Assembly: GCA_963626055.1 (NCBI GenBank)
Contig: CAVFVI010000002.1
Span: 67,225-131,224, forward strand
Reading direction: 5' to 3'
Source of the DNA: Acutalibacteraceae bacterium
GTDB lineage: Bacteria; Bacillota; Clostridia; Oscillospirales; Ruminococcaceae
Length of the DNA stretch: 64,000 nt
This document shows positions 19,827-29,293 of this stretch, piece after piece. The notes under the pieces are model-generated. The model ran no database searches and was not told where the DNA came from. It was given only the letters and a program-made list of their open reading frames with translations. The position numbers were made by a program, and so were the translations under genes. How positions within the stretch are numbered: the stretch's first letter is position 1; the number at the start of each line of letters is the position of its first letter.

Positions 19827-19856
19827 TACTTTTTTGAAAATTTTTAAGACATTATC

Positions 19857-20396
19857 TTAAAATATAATTTTGCTTTCCGCCTTGCCTTGCGTTGGCATAA
19901 TTCTCTTGATAGCGGGGAAAATCAGGCGTGACACCATATAGGTGCAGGAGCCAACGATAAGACCTGCTATCAACAGTACCGGTGCATAGGTAATTGCCAT
20001 TTTATCCGAAAGCAGTACCGCGGCCCCCAGCAGCTGGCCGCAGTTGTGCGCCAGTGCCCCGCCGACGGAAAAGATATACCCTGTGGTGGCAAACGGCAGC
20101 GCCAGCAGCAAGCAGAACACGCCGAGGGAAAGTGCGCCCCCGCACAGCGAAAGGAACCCGGCGGTGACACCGCGGGTAAACAGTGCAAACAGCGCTTTGA
20201 GCAGGACAAGATAAAGCGCTGAACGGCGGTTCAAAAACAAAACCGCGTACATGACAACAATATTGGAAAGCCCCAGTTTCATGGCTGGCATCAGGCCAAA
20301 AAACGGGGTGAGCATGGATTCCAGAAAGGATAGCGTCATGGAAAGAGCAAACAGCATGCCCAGCAGGGCGGTTTGTCTGGCTTTGTGGTTCTGCAA
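19857..20396 (-). CDS. Gx transporter family protein (heptaprenyl diphosphate synthase component I-like)
   Basis: LSFLESMLTP...MKLGLSNIVVMY motif. Small polytopic membrane protein. Confidence 0.6.
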   Translation of the reverse strand: MQNHKARQTALLGMLFALSMTLSFLESMLTPFFGLMPAMKLGLSNIVVMYAVLFLNRRSALYLVLLKALFALFTRGVTAGFLSLCGGALSLGVFCLLLALPFATTGYIFSVGGALAHNCGQLLGAAVLLSDKMAITYAPVLLIAGLIVGSCTYMVSRLIFPAIKRIMPTQGKAESKIIF

Positions 20397-20445
20397 GGGG
20401 GTGTTCCTCCATTATTTTACAGGTTACAGGGATTCTATATTTCAA

Positions 20446-20474
20446 AGTGTAAGGTGGCGGGCGGGGTTTGTCAA
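20446..20474 (-). promoter_or_regulatory. putative promoter of the Gx transporter gene
   Basis: Minus strand reads TTGACA, 17 nt, TACACT. Confidence 0.4.
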
Positions 20475-20667
20475 GCACCGGTATTTTTGCACAAAACTGT
20501 GGGTGTGAAAGTGTGTGAGATTTACCCCGCAGGGCTTGAAAAACAGGTGTAAATCGTGTATCCTATATAGGTACATCATTCTGGTGTATTATAATAATAG
20601 GTAATCTAATTCCCAAAGGGCCAAAGAGATAGATTTGATCCCCGAACCAACAAAGGAGAACTATATT

Positions 20668-21231
20668 ATGAAAAAACTGATTTCTGCCCTGGCGGCAGCC
20701 GTTTTGTTTGCTACCCTGCTGGCTGGCTGCGGCAGTGGCGCTTCTTCCTCTGCCAGCGCTTCTTCGGAAGCTGCCAGCAGCACAGCTTCTGAGGCTGCCA
20801 GCACCGATGCTTCTTCCACCGAGGAAGCCACTGCCAGCGTGGACCTGGGTGCCATTGTGACCGCCATTGAGGCTGTGAACGAAGTGCCCAATGCCCGTGC
20901 CATTGACGACTTCTCCATGGAGAACGAGATGAACCTGACCCCGGATAACATTGTTGCTTTCCAGGGTGATGTGACCAACGACCAGGCTGATTGCGCCCTG
21001 GTGTTCGCAGCCCAGGTCAAAGATGGCACCGCTGATGCCGTGAAGGCTGAACTGGAAGCCTATAAGGAATCCATGAGCAGCACGCTGTATGCCGACTTTG
21101 CTGATAAGGTCGCCAAGGCACAGGATGCACGCATTGTGGTAAAAGGCAATGTTGTGGTTATGGTCATTGCCGGTGTGAATGGCCCGGATTATTCCGCAAT
21201 CGACACCGCCATTGACGGGGCACTTGCCTGA
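20668..21231 (+). CDS. DUF4358-like lipoprotein
   Basis: ATG at 20668 follows AAAGGAG. Signal peptide with lipobox LLAGC, then a Ser/Ala-rich linker and a globular domain. Confidence 0.6.
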   Translation: MKKLISALAAAVLFATLLAGCGSGASSSASASSEAASSTASEAASTDASSTEEATASVDLGAIVTAIEAVNEVPNARAIDDFSMENEMNLTPDNIVAFQGDVTNDQADCALVFAAQVKDGTADAVKAELEAYKESMSSTLYADFADKVAKAQDARIVVKGNVVVMVIAGVNGPDYSAIDTAIDGALA

Positions 21232-21252
21232 TAGCACAAACCGATACCAAAC

Positions 21253-21288
21253 AGGCCGCGCCCCAACAGGCTGCGGCCTTGTTTTTTT
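21253..21288 (+). terminator. intrinsic terminator between the lipoprotein gene and the MBOAT gene
   Basis: AGGCCGC/GCGGCCT stem with a 13-nt loop, followed by TGTTTTTTT. Confidence 0.55.
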
Positions 21289-21335
21289 GGTGGGCTGTTC
21301 CCCACACTCCCTGAACCAAGAGAGGAGGAACCGCT

Positions 21336-22733
21336 GTGAATTTTAACAGCGTTGTCTTTTTATTCTGTTTCATGCCGCTGGCGCTGGGGTTCTATTACCT
21401 TGTGCCGGGCAAGGCCAAAAACGCGGTGCTGCTGGTGGAAAGCCTGCTGTTTTTCTGCTGGGGCGGCATTACCTGGCTGCCGCTGGCCGTTGGCATGGTA
21501 GCTATCAACTATGCGGCGGGGCTGCTGCTTGCCCGCCTGCCCGCCGGGGGCAAGCGGAAAATCGTGCTGATTGCGGCTATCGTGCTGACGGCGGCGGCGC
21601 TGGTCTACTGCAAATACACAAACTTTTTGCTGGACACGCTCAACGCCATTGCTTCCACCGGCTTTGCCAAGCTGAGCTTTTTGGATGTTCTGCCGCTGGG
21701 CATCAGCTATTATACGTTTAAGCTCATCAGCTATACGGCGGATGTGTATACCGGCAAGGTAAAAGCGGAACGCAGCCCGGTGGACTTTGCAGTGTATGTG
21801 CTGATGTACCCGCAGCTGATCGTTGGCCCGATCGTGAAGTACCGGGATATGGTGGATGCCCTGCACCAGACACAGGGGCGCTGCACCCTGCAAAAAGCGC
21901 AGAACGGTGCCGAAATGTTTGTGTTCGGCCTTGCCAAAAAGGTGATTCTGGCGGATTCCATTGCGGTGCTCTGGCAGGATATCATCGGCACCGGCGGCAT
22001 TGGGCTGGCGAACGCTTCCCTGCCGCTGGCATGGCTGGGTATTATTGCGTACTCTTTGCAGCTGTATTTTGACTTTGCAGGTTACTCGGAGATGAGCAAC
22101 GGCCTGAGCCTGATGATGGGCTTTGAATGCCCGGCAAACTTTAACCTGCCGTACATTTCGGGCAGCATTACTGAGTTCTGGCGGCGTTGGCACATCAGCC
22201 TTTCCGGCTGGTTCCGGGATTACATTTATATTCCGCTGGGCGGCAACCGCTGCAGCGCCGGGCGCCAGATGCTGAACATGCTGGCCGTCTGGGCGCTGAC
22301 CGGCATCTGGCATGGTGCAAACTGGAACTTCATCTGCTGGGGGCTTTACTATTTCGTGCTGCTTGTCATCGAAAAGAACTTTTTGATGAAGTACCTGAAA
22401 AAAGGCAAAGTCTGGCCGCACATTTACACGTTGTTCCTGGTGGTGCTGGGCTGGGGGCTGTTCACCTGCAACGCCCCTGGTGCACCGCTGGGGCTGCTGC
22501 TCAACCGGTTGTTCATCCCGCAGGGCGGCGTTTCGGCGCTGTATTTCCTGCGCAATTATGCGGTGCTGTTGGTCGTGTGCTGTGTCTGCTCCACCCCGCT
22601 GCCGGGCCGATTCTGGCAGTGGTGCAAGGGCAAAGCCCCGCTGCGGGCAGCGCTCTGCGGTGTCTGCTTTGTTCTGTGCACGGCGTATGTGGTGGCGGCA
22701 ACGGGTTCCACCGCACTGTATGCAAACTTTTAA
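21336..22733 (+). CDS. MBOAT family O-acyltransferase (AlgI/DltB-like)
   Basis: GTG start after GAGGAGG. Polytopic protein with the signature FWRRWHISLSGWFRDYIYIPLGGNR, which contains the catalytic His. Confidence 0.85.
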   Translation: MNFNSVVFLFCFMPLALGFYYLVPGKAKNAVLLVESLLFFCWGGITWLPLAVGMVAINYAAGLLLARLPAGGKRKIVLIAAIVLTAAALVYCKYTNFLLDTLNAIASTGFAKLSFLDVLPLGISYYTFKLISYTADVYTGKVKAERSPVDFAVYVLMYPQLIVGPIVKYRDMVDALHQTQGRCTLQKAQNGAEMFVFGLAKKVILADSIAVLWQDIIGTGGIGLANASLPLAWLGIIAYSLQLYFDFAGYSEMSNGLSLMMGFECPANFNLPYISGSITEFWRRWHISLSGWFRDYIYIPLGGNRCSAGRQMLNMLAVWALTGIWHGANWNFICWGLYYFVLLVIEKNFLMKYLKKGKVWPHIYTLFLVVLGWGLFTCNAPGAPLGLLLNRLFIPQGGVSALYFLRNYAVLLVVCCVCSTPLPGRFWQWCKGKAPLRAALCGVCFVLCTAYVVAATGSTALYANF

Positions 22734-22748
22734 GGGGAGAATGGCTTT

Positions 22749-23930
22749 ATGGAAAAATATGTTCACCGCAAATCCGGCCGTCATGTGCCGCCAGCTTCCC
22801 TGATCGTTTTTGCCGTCCTGCTCTGCGGGTTTGCACTGGTCAACCTGTTCTGGCCCAAGCGTGAAAACTCCGAGCTGGAAAACCGCAAACTGGCGCAAAT
22901 GCCAACGTTCAGCGCAAAAGCTTTGCTGAACGGCAAATGGCAGGATGATTTTGCCACCTATCTGCAGGACCAGGTTGCCCTGCGCGATGGATGGATCAAC
23001 CTGGAAAGCGCCGTCAATTCCCTCGCGTTTGGCAAAACGGAGGAAGGCGGCATCCTGAACGGCAAAGATGGCTGGATGTTCACCAAGCTGTTTACCGTCA
23101 GCGCGGATACTGAGAAGCAGCTGAGGAAAAATATCAGTGCCGTCACAAACTTTGCCCAGCGCTACCCCGGCCGGGTCACCTTCCTTCTGGCACCTTCGGC
23201 CAGCGATATCTACCCGGAAATGCTGCCGGCCAACGCCCCCATGGTGGATGAAGATGCCATGCTGGATGACATTTTTGCCCAGGTCAAGGCCAGCGGGGCG
23301 GATGTGATCGATATGCGTGACGATTACCGCGCCAACATGGATCAGTACCTGTACTTTAAGACGGACCACCACTGGACGCCGGACGGTGCTTACCGCGCTT
23401 ACCAGCAGTTCTGCACGCTGAAAAATCTGACGCCGTTTGACCGCAATGTCTATACCAAAATTACCGTCCCCGATTTTTACGGCACGCATTATTCTGCCAC
23501 GCGGCGCTGGAACGCACAGGCGGACAGTTTCAGCTATTATGACCTGCCCAACCAGATGACGGTGTATAAAGTAAATGGCGAAGCAGATTATGAGCCGGTG
23601 AAAACCGAGGGGCTGATGAACCTTACCAAGCTGGATACCCGTGATAAATACGGCGCTTTTTTGGATGGCAACAACGGTTATTCGGTGATTGAGGGCAGCG
23701 GGACGGGCAGCATCCTGGTGGTAAAGGACAGTTATGCCAACAGCTTTATCCCCTACCTGACGGCGAATTATGCGAAAATTGGTGTGGTGGATTTCCGTGG
23801 GCTGGCCTATGGACTGGATTCCACGATTGAAAAAGAGGGTTATGACCAAATCCTGATCCTGTATAACTTCCAGACCTTTATTTCGGATAATAAAGTGATT
23901 TATCTGGACCGCCCCACAACATTGAAGTAA
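22749..23930 (+). CDS. DHHW family protein (AlgJ/AlgX-like extracytoplasmic acyltransferase partner)
   Basis: N-terminal TM anchor and the eponymous motif YFKTDHHWTPDGAY. Starts 15 nt after the MBOAT stop. Confidence 0.7.
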   Translation: MEKYVHRKSGRHVPPASLIVFAVLLCGFALVNLFWPKRENSELENRKLAQMPTFSAKALLNGKWQDDFATYLQDQVALRDGWINLESAVNSLAFGKTEEGGILNGKDGWMFTKLFTVSADTEKQLRKNISAVTNFAQRYPGRVTFLLAPSASDIYPEMLPANAPMVDEDAMLDDIFAQVKASGADVIDMRDDYRANMDQYLYFKTDHHWTPDGAYRAYQQFCTLKNLTPFDRNVYTKITVPDFYGTHYSATRRWNAQADSFSYYDLPNQMTVYKVNGEADYEPVKTEGLMNLTKLDTRDKYGAFLDGNNGYSVIEGSGTGSILVVKDSYANSFIPYLTANYAKIGVVDFRGLAYGLDSTIEKEGYDQILILYNFQTFISDNKVIYLDRPTTLK

Positions 23931-24039
23931 GTGTGGAAAACAGAGAGCCTCCTATGGCTTGCAGATTTTCTGTTTCCGCCAAACAGAGAAAAATAACGTG
24001 CGTATTTTAGTTGCAAATACTGCTGTGAGGTGATACGAT

Positions 24040-24693
24040 ATGGAACACACCCCTTTTACCATTGCACAAAAGCGTCCCATCCGTGACTGTATGACCGTCT
24101 CCCGCCCGGCGAACCTGGGCAAGGAGCTTCCCGTCACATGGTTTTCATTGGGGGCAGGAACTTCCATTACGCCGGAAAGTTATGACTGTACGGTGCTGTA
24201 TGTGGGTTCCGTGGGTGATGGCAGCTTCATTTTGGGTGAAGATGGCCGAGTAGTTCCCTTTACGGGGGACGATGTGCTGGTTGTTCCGCCCAAAACACTG
24301 TGCGGAACCCGCACGGATACCGGCATGATCTATACTGAAATTATTTTGAAAAAGGAGAATACTACCATGAACAACATCATCAAAGCTGGCCAGCCCACGG
24401 CCCTGAAAGACCTGATTTCTTACGAAGAGGGCAGCATTGCCAACGTTGACCTTGTCCACGCCGACAACATGAAGTTTGTGCTGATGGCATTTGATGAGGG
24501 CACCGGCCTGACCCCGCACCGTGCCCCCGGCAACGCCATCCTGACCGCGCTGGAAGGCAAGGCAATCATTGGCTATGAGGGCCAGGATTACGAGCTGAAC
24601 GCAGACGAAAGCTTCCGCTTTGACAAGAACGGCCTGCACAGTGTTACCCCGCAGGGCAAGTTCAAAATGAGCCTGCTGCTTGTGATCGAGTAA
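24040..24693 (+). CDS. bicupin-like protein
   Basis: Two tandem ~100-aa beta-barrel-like halves. The second (GLTPHRAPGNAILTALEGKA...) looks like a cupin. Function unknown. Confidence 0.5.
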   Translation: MEHTPFTIAQKRPIRDCMTVSRPANLGKELPVTWFSLGAGTSITPESYDCTVLYVGSVGDGSFILGEDGRVVPFTGDDVLVVPPKTLCGTRTDTGMIYTEIILKKENTTMNNIIKAGQPTALKDLISYEEGSIANVDLVHADNMKFVLMAFDEGTGLTPHRAPGNAILTALEGKAIIGYEGQDYELNADESFRFDKNGLHSVTPQGKFKMSLLLVIE

Positions 24694-24716
24694 AAGCCAA
24701 ATTATAAAATGAAATG

Positions 24717-24760
24717 CCCCCGATGCAGAAGTTGAGCCTTTTGCACCGGGGGTATTTTTA
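24717..24760 (+). terminator. intrinsic terminator after the bicupin gene
   Basis: CCCCCGATGCA/TGCACCGGGGG stem followed by TATTTTTAT. Confidence 0.7.
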
Positions 24761-24889
24761 TTGGGAAAACGGCGTGGAATAATATGGGTTCATCCTTTTC
24801 ATCCGTCCAAAATGTTATTTAGTTCCTTGAATTTAGTACCTTAAAGTGCCTGAATAAGATAAAGCAATGGCGGCTGTACCACGCGGGGT

Positions 24890-24918
24890 TTGACAATTCC
24901 GGCTTTATTTCTTATAAT
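24890..24918 (+). promoter_or_regulatory. consensus sigma-A promoter of the methyltransferase-MBL-ATC hydrolase operon
   Basis: TTGACA (24890-24895), 17 nt, TATAAT (24913-24918). Confidence 0.65.
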
Positions 24919-25062
24919 AAAACCATTCTGGTTAGTTGTTTCTAATCTTTGCGTGAGGTAACATTGTGCGGATCGAAACGGTATAGGTGAGCACTTCCCT
25001 GCCGGATGCCTTTGATAGCGGCTGGCAGCAGGCGGAAGGTGCGCCAAAGGAGGAAAAGCAGC
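24919..25062 (+). promoter_or_regulatory. structured 5' leader with possible SD sequestration
   Basis: CCTTTG (25009-25014) is complementary to CAAAGG in the SD (25045-50). GCACTTCC (24991-98) is complementary to GGAAGGTGC (25034-42). An inner CTGCC/GGCAG stem is present. Confidence 0.3.
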
Positions 25063-25671
25063 ATGTCTTTTTTTGAAAACACCCGCAAGCCCATCGGTTT
25101 GGGTGGCAAAATTATGGTATCCATGATGAATGTTGGGCACCGTGCATTGGCGGATTGGGGGCTCCAATTTATCAAAGCGCCGGCAGATGCCAGCGTATTG
25201 GATTGCGGCTGCGGCGGTGGCGCCAATATCGAAAAACTTTTGGTACTCTGCCCCAACGGCACGGTCAAGGGCGTGGACTATTCCGAGGTAAGCGTTGCCA
25301 AATCGCGGAACCTGAACCAGGCAGCCATCAAGGCCGGGCGCTGTGAGGTATTCCACGCCAGCGTTACGGACCTGCCGTTCCAGCAGGAACAGTTCGACCT
25401 GGTGACGGCGTTTGAAACTGTTTATTTCTGGCCGGGGCTGCTGCACAGTTTCCGGGAGGTATGCCGGGTGCTGAAGGCGGGCGGAACCCTCTTTATCTGT
25501 AATGAATGCAGCGGTGATACCGACAAAGACGATGTGTGGACCGAAAAAATTGAGGGCATGACGATTTATAAAGATGTTCAGCTGAAAGAGACCTTAGAGC
25601 AGGCCGGGTTCGGCAATGTTCAGGTACATAAAAATCAAAAGGGCTGGCTTTGTGTGACAGCGCAAAAATGA
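25063..25671 (+). CDS. class I SAM-dependent methyltransferase
   Basis: Motif I VLDCGCGGGAN. ATG at 25063 follows AAAGGAGG. Confidence 0.75.
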   Translation: MSFFENTRKPIGLGGKIMVSMMNVGHRALADWGLQFIKAPADASVLDCGCGGGANIEKLLVLCPNGTVKGVDYSEVSVAKSRNLNQAAIKAGRCEVFHASVTDLPFQQEQFDLVTAFETVYFWPGLLHSFREVCRVLKAGGTLFICNECSGDTDKDDVWTEKIEGMTIYKDVQLKETLEQAGFGNVQVHKNQKGWLCVTAQK

Positions 25672-25680
25672 GGTGATACC

Positions 25681-26544
25681 ATGTCAAAAAAGGCAACTAA
25701 CTTCCAGAAAAAAGCCATGAGCCGGATGTACCGCGGCACCGAAATTTTTAAGCCGCTGAACACCGGATGGATCGATGAAAATGTTGCCTGCGTACGGGAA
25801 TGGGTGGCTAACATCTTTTTCTACCGCAAAGGCGATACCACAATTATGATTGACGCCGGGTACAACTATGACCGGCTGGCGGAAAAGATGGCCTGGCTTG
25901 GCATTGATCCGCAGTCCATCCGTCACATCCTGATTACCCATCAAGATACCGACCATGTTGGCGCAGTGGAAGCGGACAGTGCAGGGCTGTTCAAAAAGGC
26001 CAAGCTGTATATTGGCGAGATCGAGAACCGCTACTTAACGGGCGAAGTGCGCCGTAAAGTGATTTACCACATGTACAAGCTGCCGCAGGTCACGATAAAC
26101 AATGAAAAAGTTCTGCTGAAAGATGGGCAGGTTTTCGAGATCGACGGCATCCGCATTGAATGCTTCCTGGTGCCGGGCCACACATGGGGGCACATGGTAT
26201 ACCTGATTGATGACAAATATCTGTTTACCGGCGATACGCTCTGGTTTGGTGCGGACGGCGGCTACAGCTTTATTTCGGCCCTTGCGGAAGATAACAAGCT
26301 TGCGGTGCGCTCCCTTGCGGCGCTGGAACAAAAGCTGCGGGCGCGCGGCCTGACCCCGCTGTTCATTACCGGCCACACCGGCTGGACGGACAATTTTGCA
26401 TTTGCTTTTGCCCACAAAGACCAGCTTTGCTCCCCCTTCAAGAAGCGCGTCCATGACCCGGCGGCCCCGTATGACGCGTACGAAGAAGCCGATGATACCG
26501 AAGCAAATGCCAAAAGCGGCTTTTTGAAAGGTGTCGGGCGATGA
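25681..26544 (+). CDS. MBL-fold metallo-hydrolase
   Basis: HQDTDHVG (HxHxDH) motif, later PGHTWGH and a distal H. Confidence 0.75.
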   Translation: MSKKATNFQKKAMSRMYRGTEIFKPLNTGWIDENVACVREWVANIFFYRKGDTTIMIDAGYNYDRLAEKMAWLGIDPQSIRHILITHQDTDHVGAVEADSAGLFKKAKLYIGEIENRYLTGEVRRKVIYHMYKLPQVTINNEKVLLKDGQVFEIDGIRIECFLVPGHTWGHMVYLIDDKYLFTGDTLWFGADGGYSFISALAEDNKLAVRSLAALEQKLRARGLTPLFITGHTGWTDNFAFAFAHKDQLCSPFKKRVHDPAAPYDAYEEADDTEANAKSGFLKGVGR

Positions 26545-27137
26545 AAAACTACATCATTGCAGCCTTCCGGAAAACAGTGGTGCGGGACTTCCCTGCCCAG
26601 GCTGACAACCTTTACCGGGCGCTGGAACAACGGCTAAACCAGCTGCGCGCGGAAAATGCCGGAGCCAGCAAAGAAAAGCAGGAGCACCTGGAAAGCCAGA
26701 TCCTGCCCGGAATCGCTGCCTATGAAACCTTGCAGACGGTAATGCCAAAAGAGCGGGCGTTGCAAACTGTTCATGGCTATGTGGAAGAACGAGCCTGGAA
26801 GCTGCGCAAAATCTTTCTGGCCCTGATGCGCATCCCTGGGTTTTACAGGCGGGTGCCCCAAATTTTTGCCAATGAGCTGCCGAAGATGTTTGGCCCGGCG
26901 GCGGGCTTTGCGGTTACGGGGCTTGAGCTTGTAAACGGAACATTCCGCGCGGATATGGTCCGGTGCCCTTACCATGACACCTGTGTGCAATATGGCTGCC
27001 CGGAGCTATGCCCCAGCTTTTGTGACAGCGATGACATCACCTATGATAACCTGCACCCCAACTTGATCTGGCACCGAACCAAGACACTGGGGCGCGGCGA
27101 TGATTGCTGTGACTTCTGCCTAGAAGTAAAGCGGTAA
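26541..27137 (+). CDS. L-2-amino-thiazoline-4-carboxylic acid hydrolase-like (ATC_hydrolase family) protein
   Basis: Cys-rich C-terminus CPYHDTCVQYGCPELCPSFCDSDD...GDDCCDFC. ATGA overlap with the MBL gene. Confidence 0.5.
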   Translation: MKNYIIAAFRKTVVRDFPAQADNLYRALEQRLNQLRAENAGASKEKQEHLESQILPGIAAYETLQTVMPKERALQTVHGYVEERAWKLRKIFLALMRIPGFYRRVPQIFANELPKMFGPAAGFAVTGLELVNGTFRADMVRCPYHDTCVQYGCPELCPSFCDSDDITYDNLHPNLIWHRTKTLGRGDDCCDFCLEVKR

Positions 27138-27265
27138 GATGAAGCGTGCGCTTATCCCCTATTTATGCGGCTTTGGTACTGCTTATTATAGCTTTAGAGG
27201 TAAACCGCAGCGCCGAAAAAACAGAATGACAAGCATTACGCTTACCCATTGATCAACATGCAAAC

Positions 27266-27320
27266 AATAAAACCCCTGCCGCTGTAGAATGTAGTTGTTC
27301 TACAGCGGCAGGGGTTGCTG
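27266..27320. terminator. bidirectional terminator between the ATC-hydrolase operon and clpX
   Basis: Perfect 17-bp stem 27273-27289/27298-27314. T-tract on the minus strand, weaker on the plus strand. Confidence 0.75.
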
Positions 27321-27334
27321 CTTGATTGGGCTAT

Positions 27335-28675
27335 TTACTGCTTGATGATGGCCTTGTTCTTATAGCGCTTGCGCACGGCACCATATTCCAGGTGCGGCTG
27401 GCCGCCGTTCACCGTGTCTGCATCAATGGTAACGCGGGTGATGGTGGGGTCAGACGGAATTTCGTACATGATGGGGATCAAGATATCCTCCACCACGCTG
27501 CGCAGGCCGCGGGCGCCGCTCTTACGTGCAATGGTCTTTTGGGCGATGGCACGCAGGGCTGCATCCGTAAAGTTCAGTTCAGCGCTGTCCATAGCCAGCA
27601 GCTCTTTGTACTGGCGCACAATGCTGTTTTTCGGCTCGGTCAGAACGCGGATCAAAGATTCCTCATCCAGCGGGTCCAGCACCGTCACGACCGGCAGACG
27701 GCCGATCAGTTCCGGGATCAGGCCAAACTTGACCAGATCGTCCGGTTCCACTTTGCGCAGCAGCTTCTGGCGGGTTTCCTCGCTGTCCAGGTTGGTGCGC
27801 AGCTGGCTGCCAAAGCCGAGGGTACTCTTGTCGGTACGGGTCTGGATCAGCTTTTCCAGGCCATCAAAGGCACCGCCGCAGATGAACAGGATGTTCTTGG
27901 TGTTGATCTGGATGAACTCCTGCTGCGGGTGTTTGCGGCCGCCGTTGGGCGGCACATTGCTGACAGTGCCTTCCAGGATTTTCAGCAGTGCCTGCTGTAC
28001 GCCTTCGCCGCCAACATCACGGGTGATGGACGGGTTCTCGCTCTTGCGGGTGATCTTATCGATCTCATCCACATAGATGATGCCGACTTCGGCCTTGGGA
28101 ATATCAAAGTCCGCAGCCTGAATCAGCTTGAGCAGAATGTTCTCAACGTCCTCGCCAACATAACCGGCTTCGGTCAGGGTGGTGGCGTCCGCAATCGCAA
28201 ACGGAACGTTCAGCATTTTGGCAAGCGTCTGGGCCAGCAGGGTTTTGCCGGTACCGGACGGGCCAAGCATCAGCACGTTGGACTTTTGCAGTTCCACGTG
28301 GCTTTCCTGGCCGGAAAGAATGCGCTTGTAATGGTTGTAAACAGAAACTGCCAGCACGCGCTTAGCATCGTCCTGACCAATGACATACTGGTCAAGACCG
28401 GCCTTGATCTCGGCGGGCGTCATGATGTTGACATCTGCCAAGGGGTCAATGCCGGAATGCCCGCGGGAAGCCGCAGCACGGCGTTCCGGCGTTGCGCGCG
28501 GCGGTTCGGGTGCGTTGCCATCCTTATACAGGGCGCTGTAGCACATATCAATGCAATCTTTGCAGATGTTTACGCCGGGGCCGATGATAAGCTGGTCCAC
28601 CTGGCTTTGGGAACGGCCGCAAAAGCTGCAAATCATTTCACGTTTTCCGTCCTTGCCGGAAATCGAATTTGCCAT
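27335..28675 (-). CDS. clpX: ATP-dependent Clp protease ATP-binding subunit ClpX
   Basis: N-terminal zinc finger CSFCGR...CKDC, Walker [18 protein letters not shown]. Confidence 0.95.
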   Translation of the reverse strand: MANSISGKDGKREMICSFCGRSQSQVDQLIIGPGVNICKDCIDMCYSALYKDGNAPEPPRATPERRAAASRGHSGIDPLADVNIMTPAEIKAGLDQYVIGQDDAKRVLAVSVYNHYKRILSGQESHVELQKSNVLMLGPSGTGKTLLAQTLAKMLNVPFAIADATTLTEAGYVGEDVENILLKLIQAADFDIPKAEVGIIYVDEIDKITRKSENPSITRDVGGEGVQQALLKILEGTVSNVPPNGGRKHPQQEFIQINTKNILFICGGAFDGLEKLIQTRTDKSTLGFGSQLRTNLDSEETRQKLLRKVEPDDLVKFGLIPELIGRLPVVTVLDPLDEESLIRVLTEPKNSIVRQYKELLAMDSAELNFTDAALRAIAQKTIARKSGARGLRSVVEDILIPIMYEIPSDPTITRVTIDADTVNGGQPHLEYGAVRKRYKNKAIIKQ

Positions 28676-28693
28676 TTCCTAATTCCCCCGGTT

Positions 28694-29293
28694 TTAGTGT
28701 TTTACAATGATCTCATCGATCAGGCCATAGGCCTTGGCTTCCTCTGCGGTCAGGTAGTTATCGCGGTCGGTATCCTTTTCCACAACCTCCAGCGGCTGGC
28801 CGGTATACTCGCTGAGCATACGGTTCATCTTTTTCTTGATCTGCACAAGGTGGTTGGCGTGGATCTGGATATCGCTTGCCTGGCCGGAAAGGCCGCCGCC
28901 CTGGCCGCCGGAAATCAGCGGCTGATGGATCAGGATCTCAGAGTTCGGCAGGGCGAAACGCTTGCCCTTGGTGCCGCTGGCCAGCAGGAATGCACCCATA
29001 GAAGCGGCCATGCCCACGCAGATGGTGGAAACATCGCACTTGATATACTTCATGGTATCATGGATGGCCATACCGTCGGTAATGGAACCGCCGGGGCTGT
29101 TGATGTAGAAGCTGATATCTTTTTCGGGGTCCTGCCCTTCCAGATACAGCAGCTGTGCAATGATCACGCTTGCGGAAGTCGGGTTGACATCCTCGCTCAG
29201 AACGATAATACGGTCGTTCAACAGGCGGGAGAAAATATCATAGCTGCGCTCACCGCGCGCAGTCTGCTCAACAACATAAGGTACCAGGCTCAT
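28694..29293 (-). CDS. clpP: ATP-dependent Clp protease proteolytic subunit
   Basis: [11 protein letters not shown]..., catalytic GMAASMGA and IHQP motifs. Confidence 0.95.
   Translation of the reverse strand: MSLVPYVVEQTARGERSYDIFSRLLNDRIIVLSEDVNPTSASVIIAQLLYLEGQDPEKDISFYINSPGGSITDGMAIHDTMKYIKCDVSTICVGMAASMGAFLLASGTKGKRFALPNSEILIHQPLISGGQGGGLSGQASDIQIHANHLVQIKKKMNRMLSEYTGQPLEVVEKDTDRDNYLTAEEAKAYGLIDEIIVKH

Noticed and set aside
21360-23849. 829-aa minus-strand ORF, the longest ORF in the track.
   Set aside because: It is antisense to the MBOAT and DHHW genes, whose plus-strand products carry unambiguous family signatures (WRRWHISL..., DHHW). The antisense translation is R/Q/H/A/G-rich low-complexity sequence with no motif. 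It is a typical stop-poor shadow frame of GC-rich DNA.
24919-25062. Resemblance of GGCGGAAGGTGCGCC in the methyltransferase leader to the guanidine-III (ykkC-III) core GGACGAGGUGCGCC.
   Set aside because: Only the GGTGCGCC octamer matches. The rest of the ~41-nt pseudoknot consensus (…CCGGUCAGGACAA…CGGCGC) is absent, and the downstream genes are not guanidine carboxylase or efflux types.
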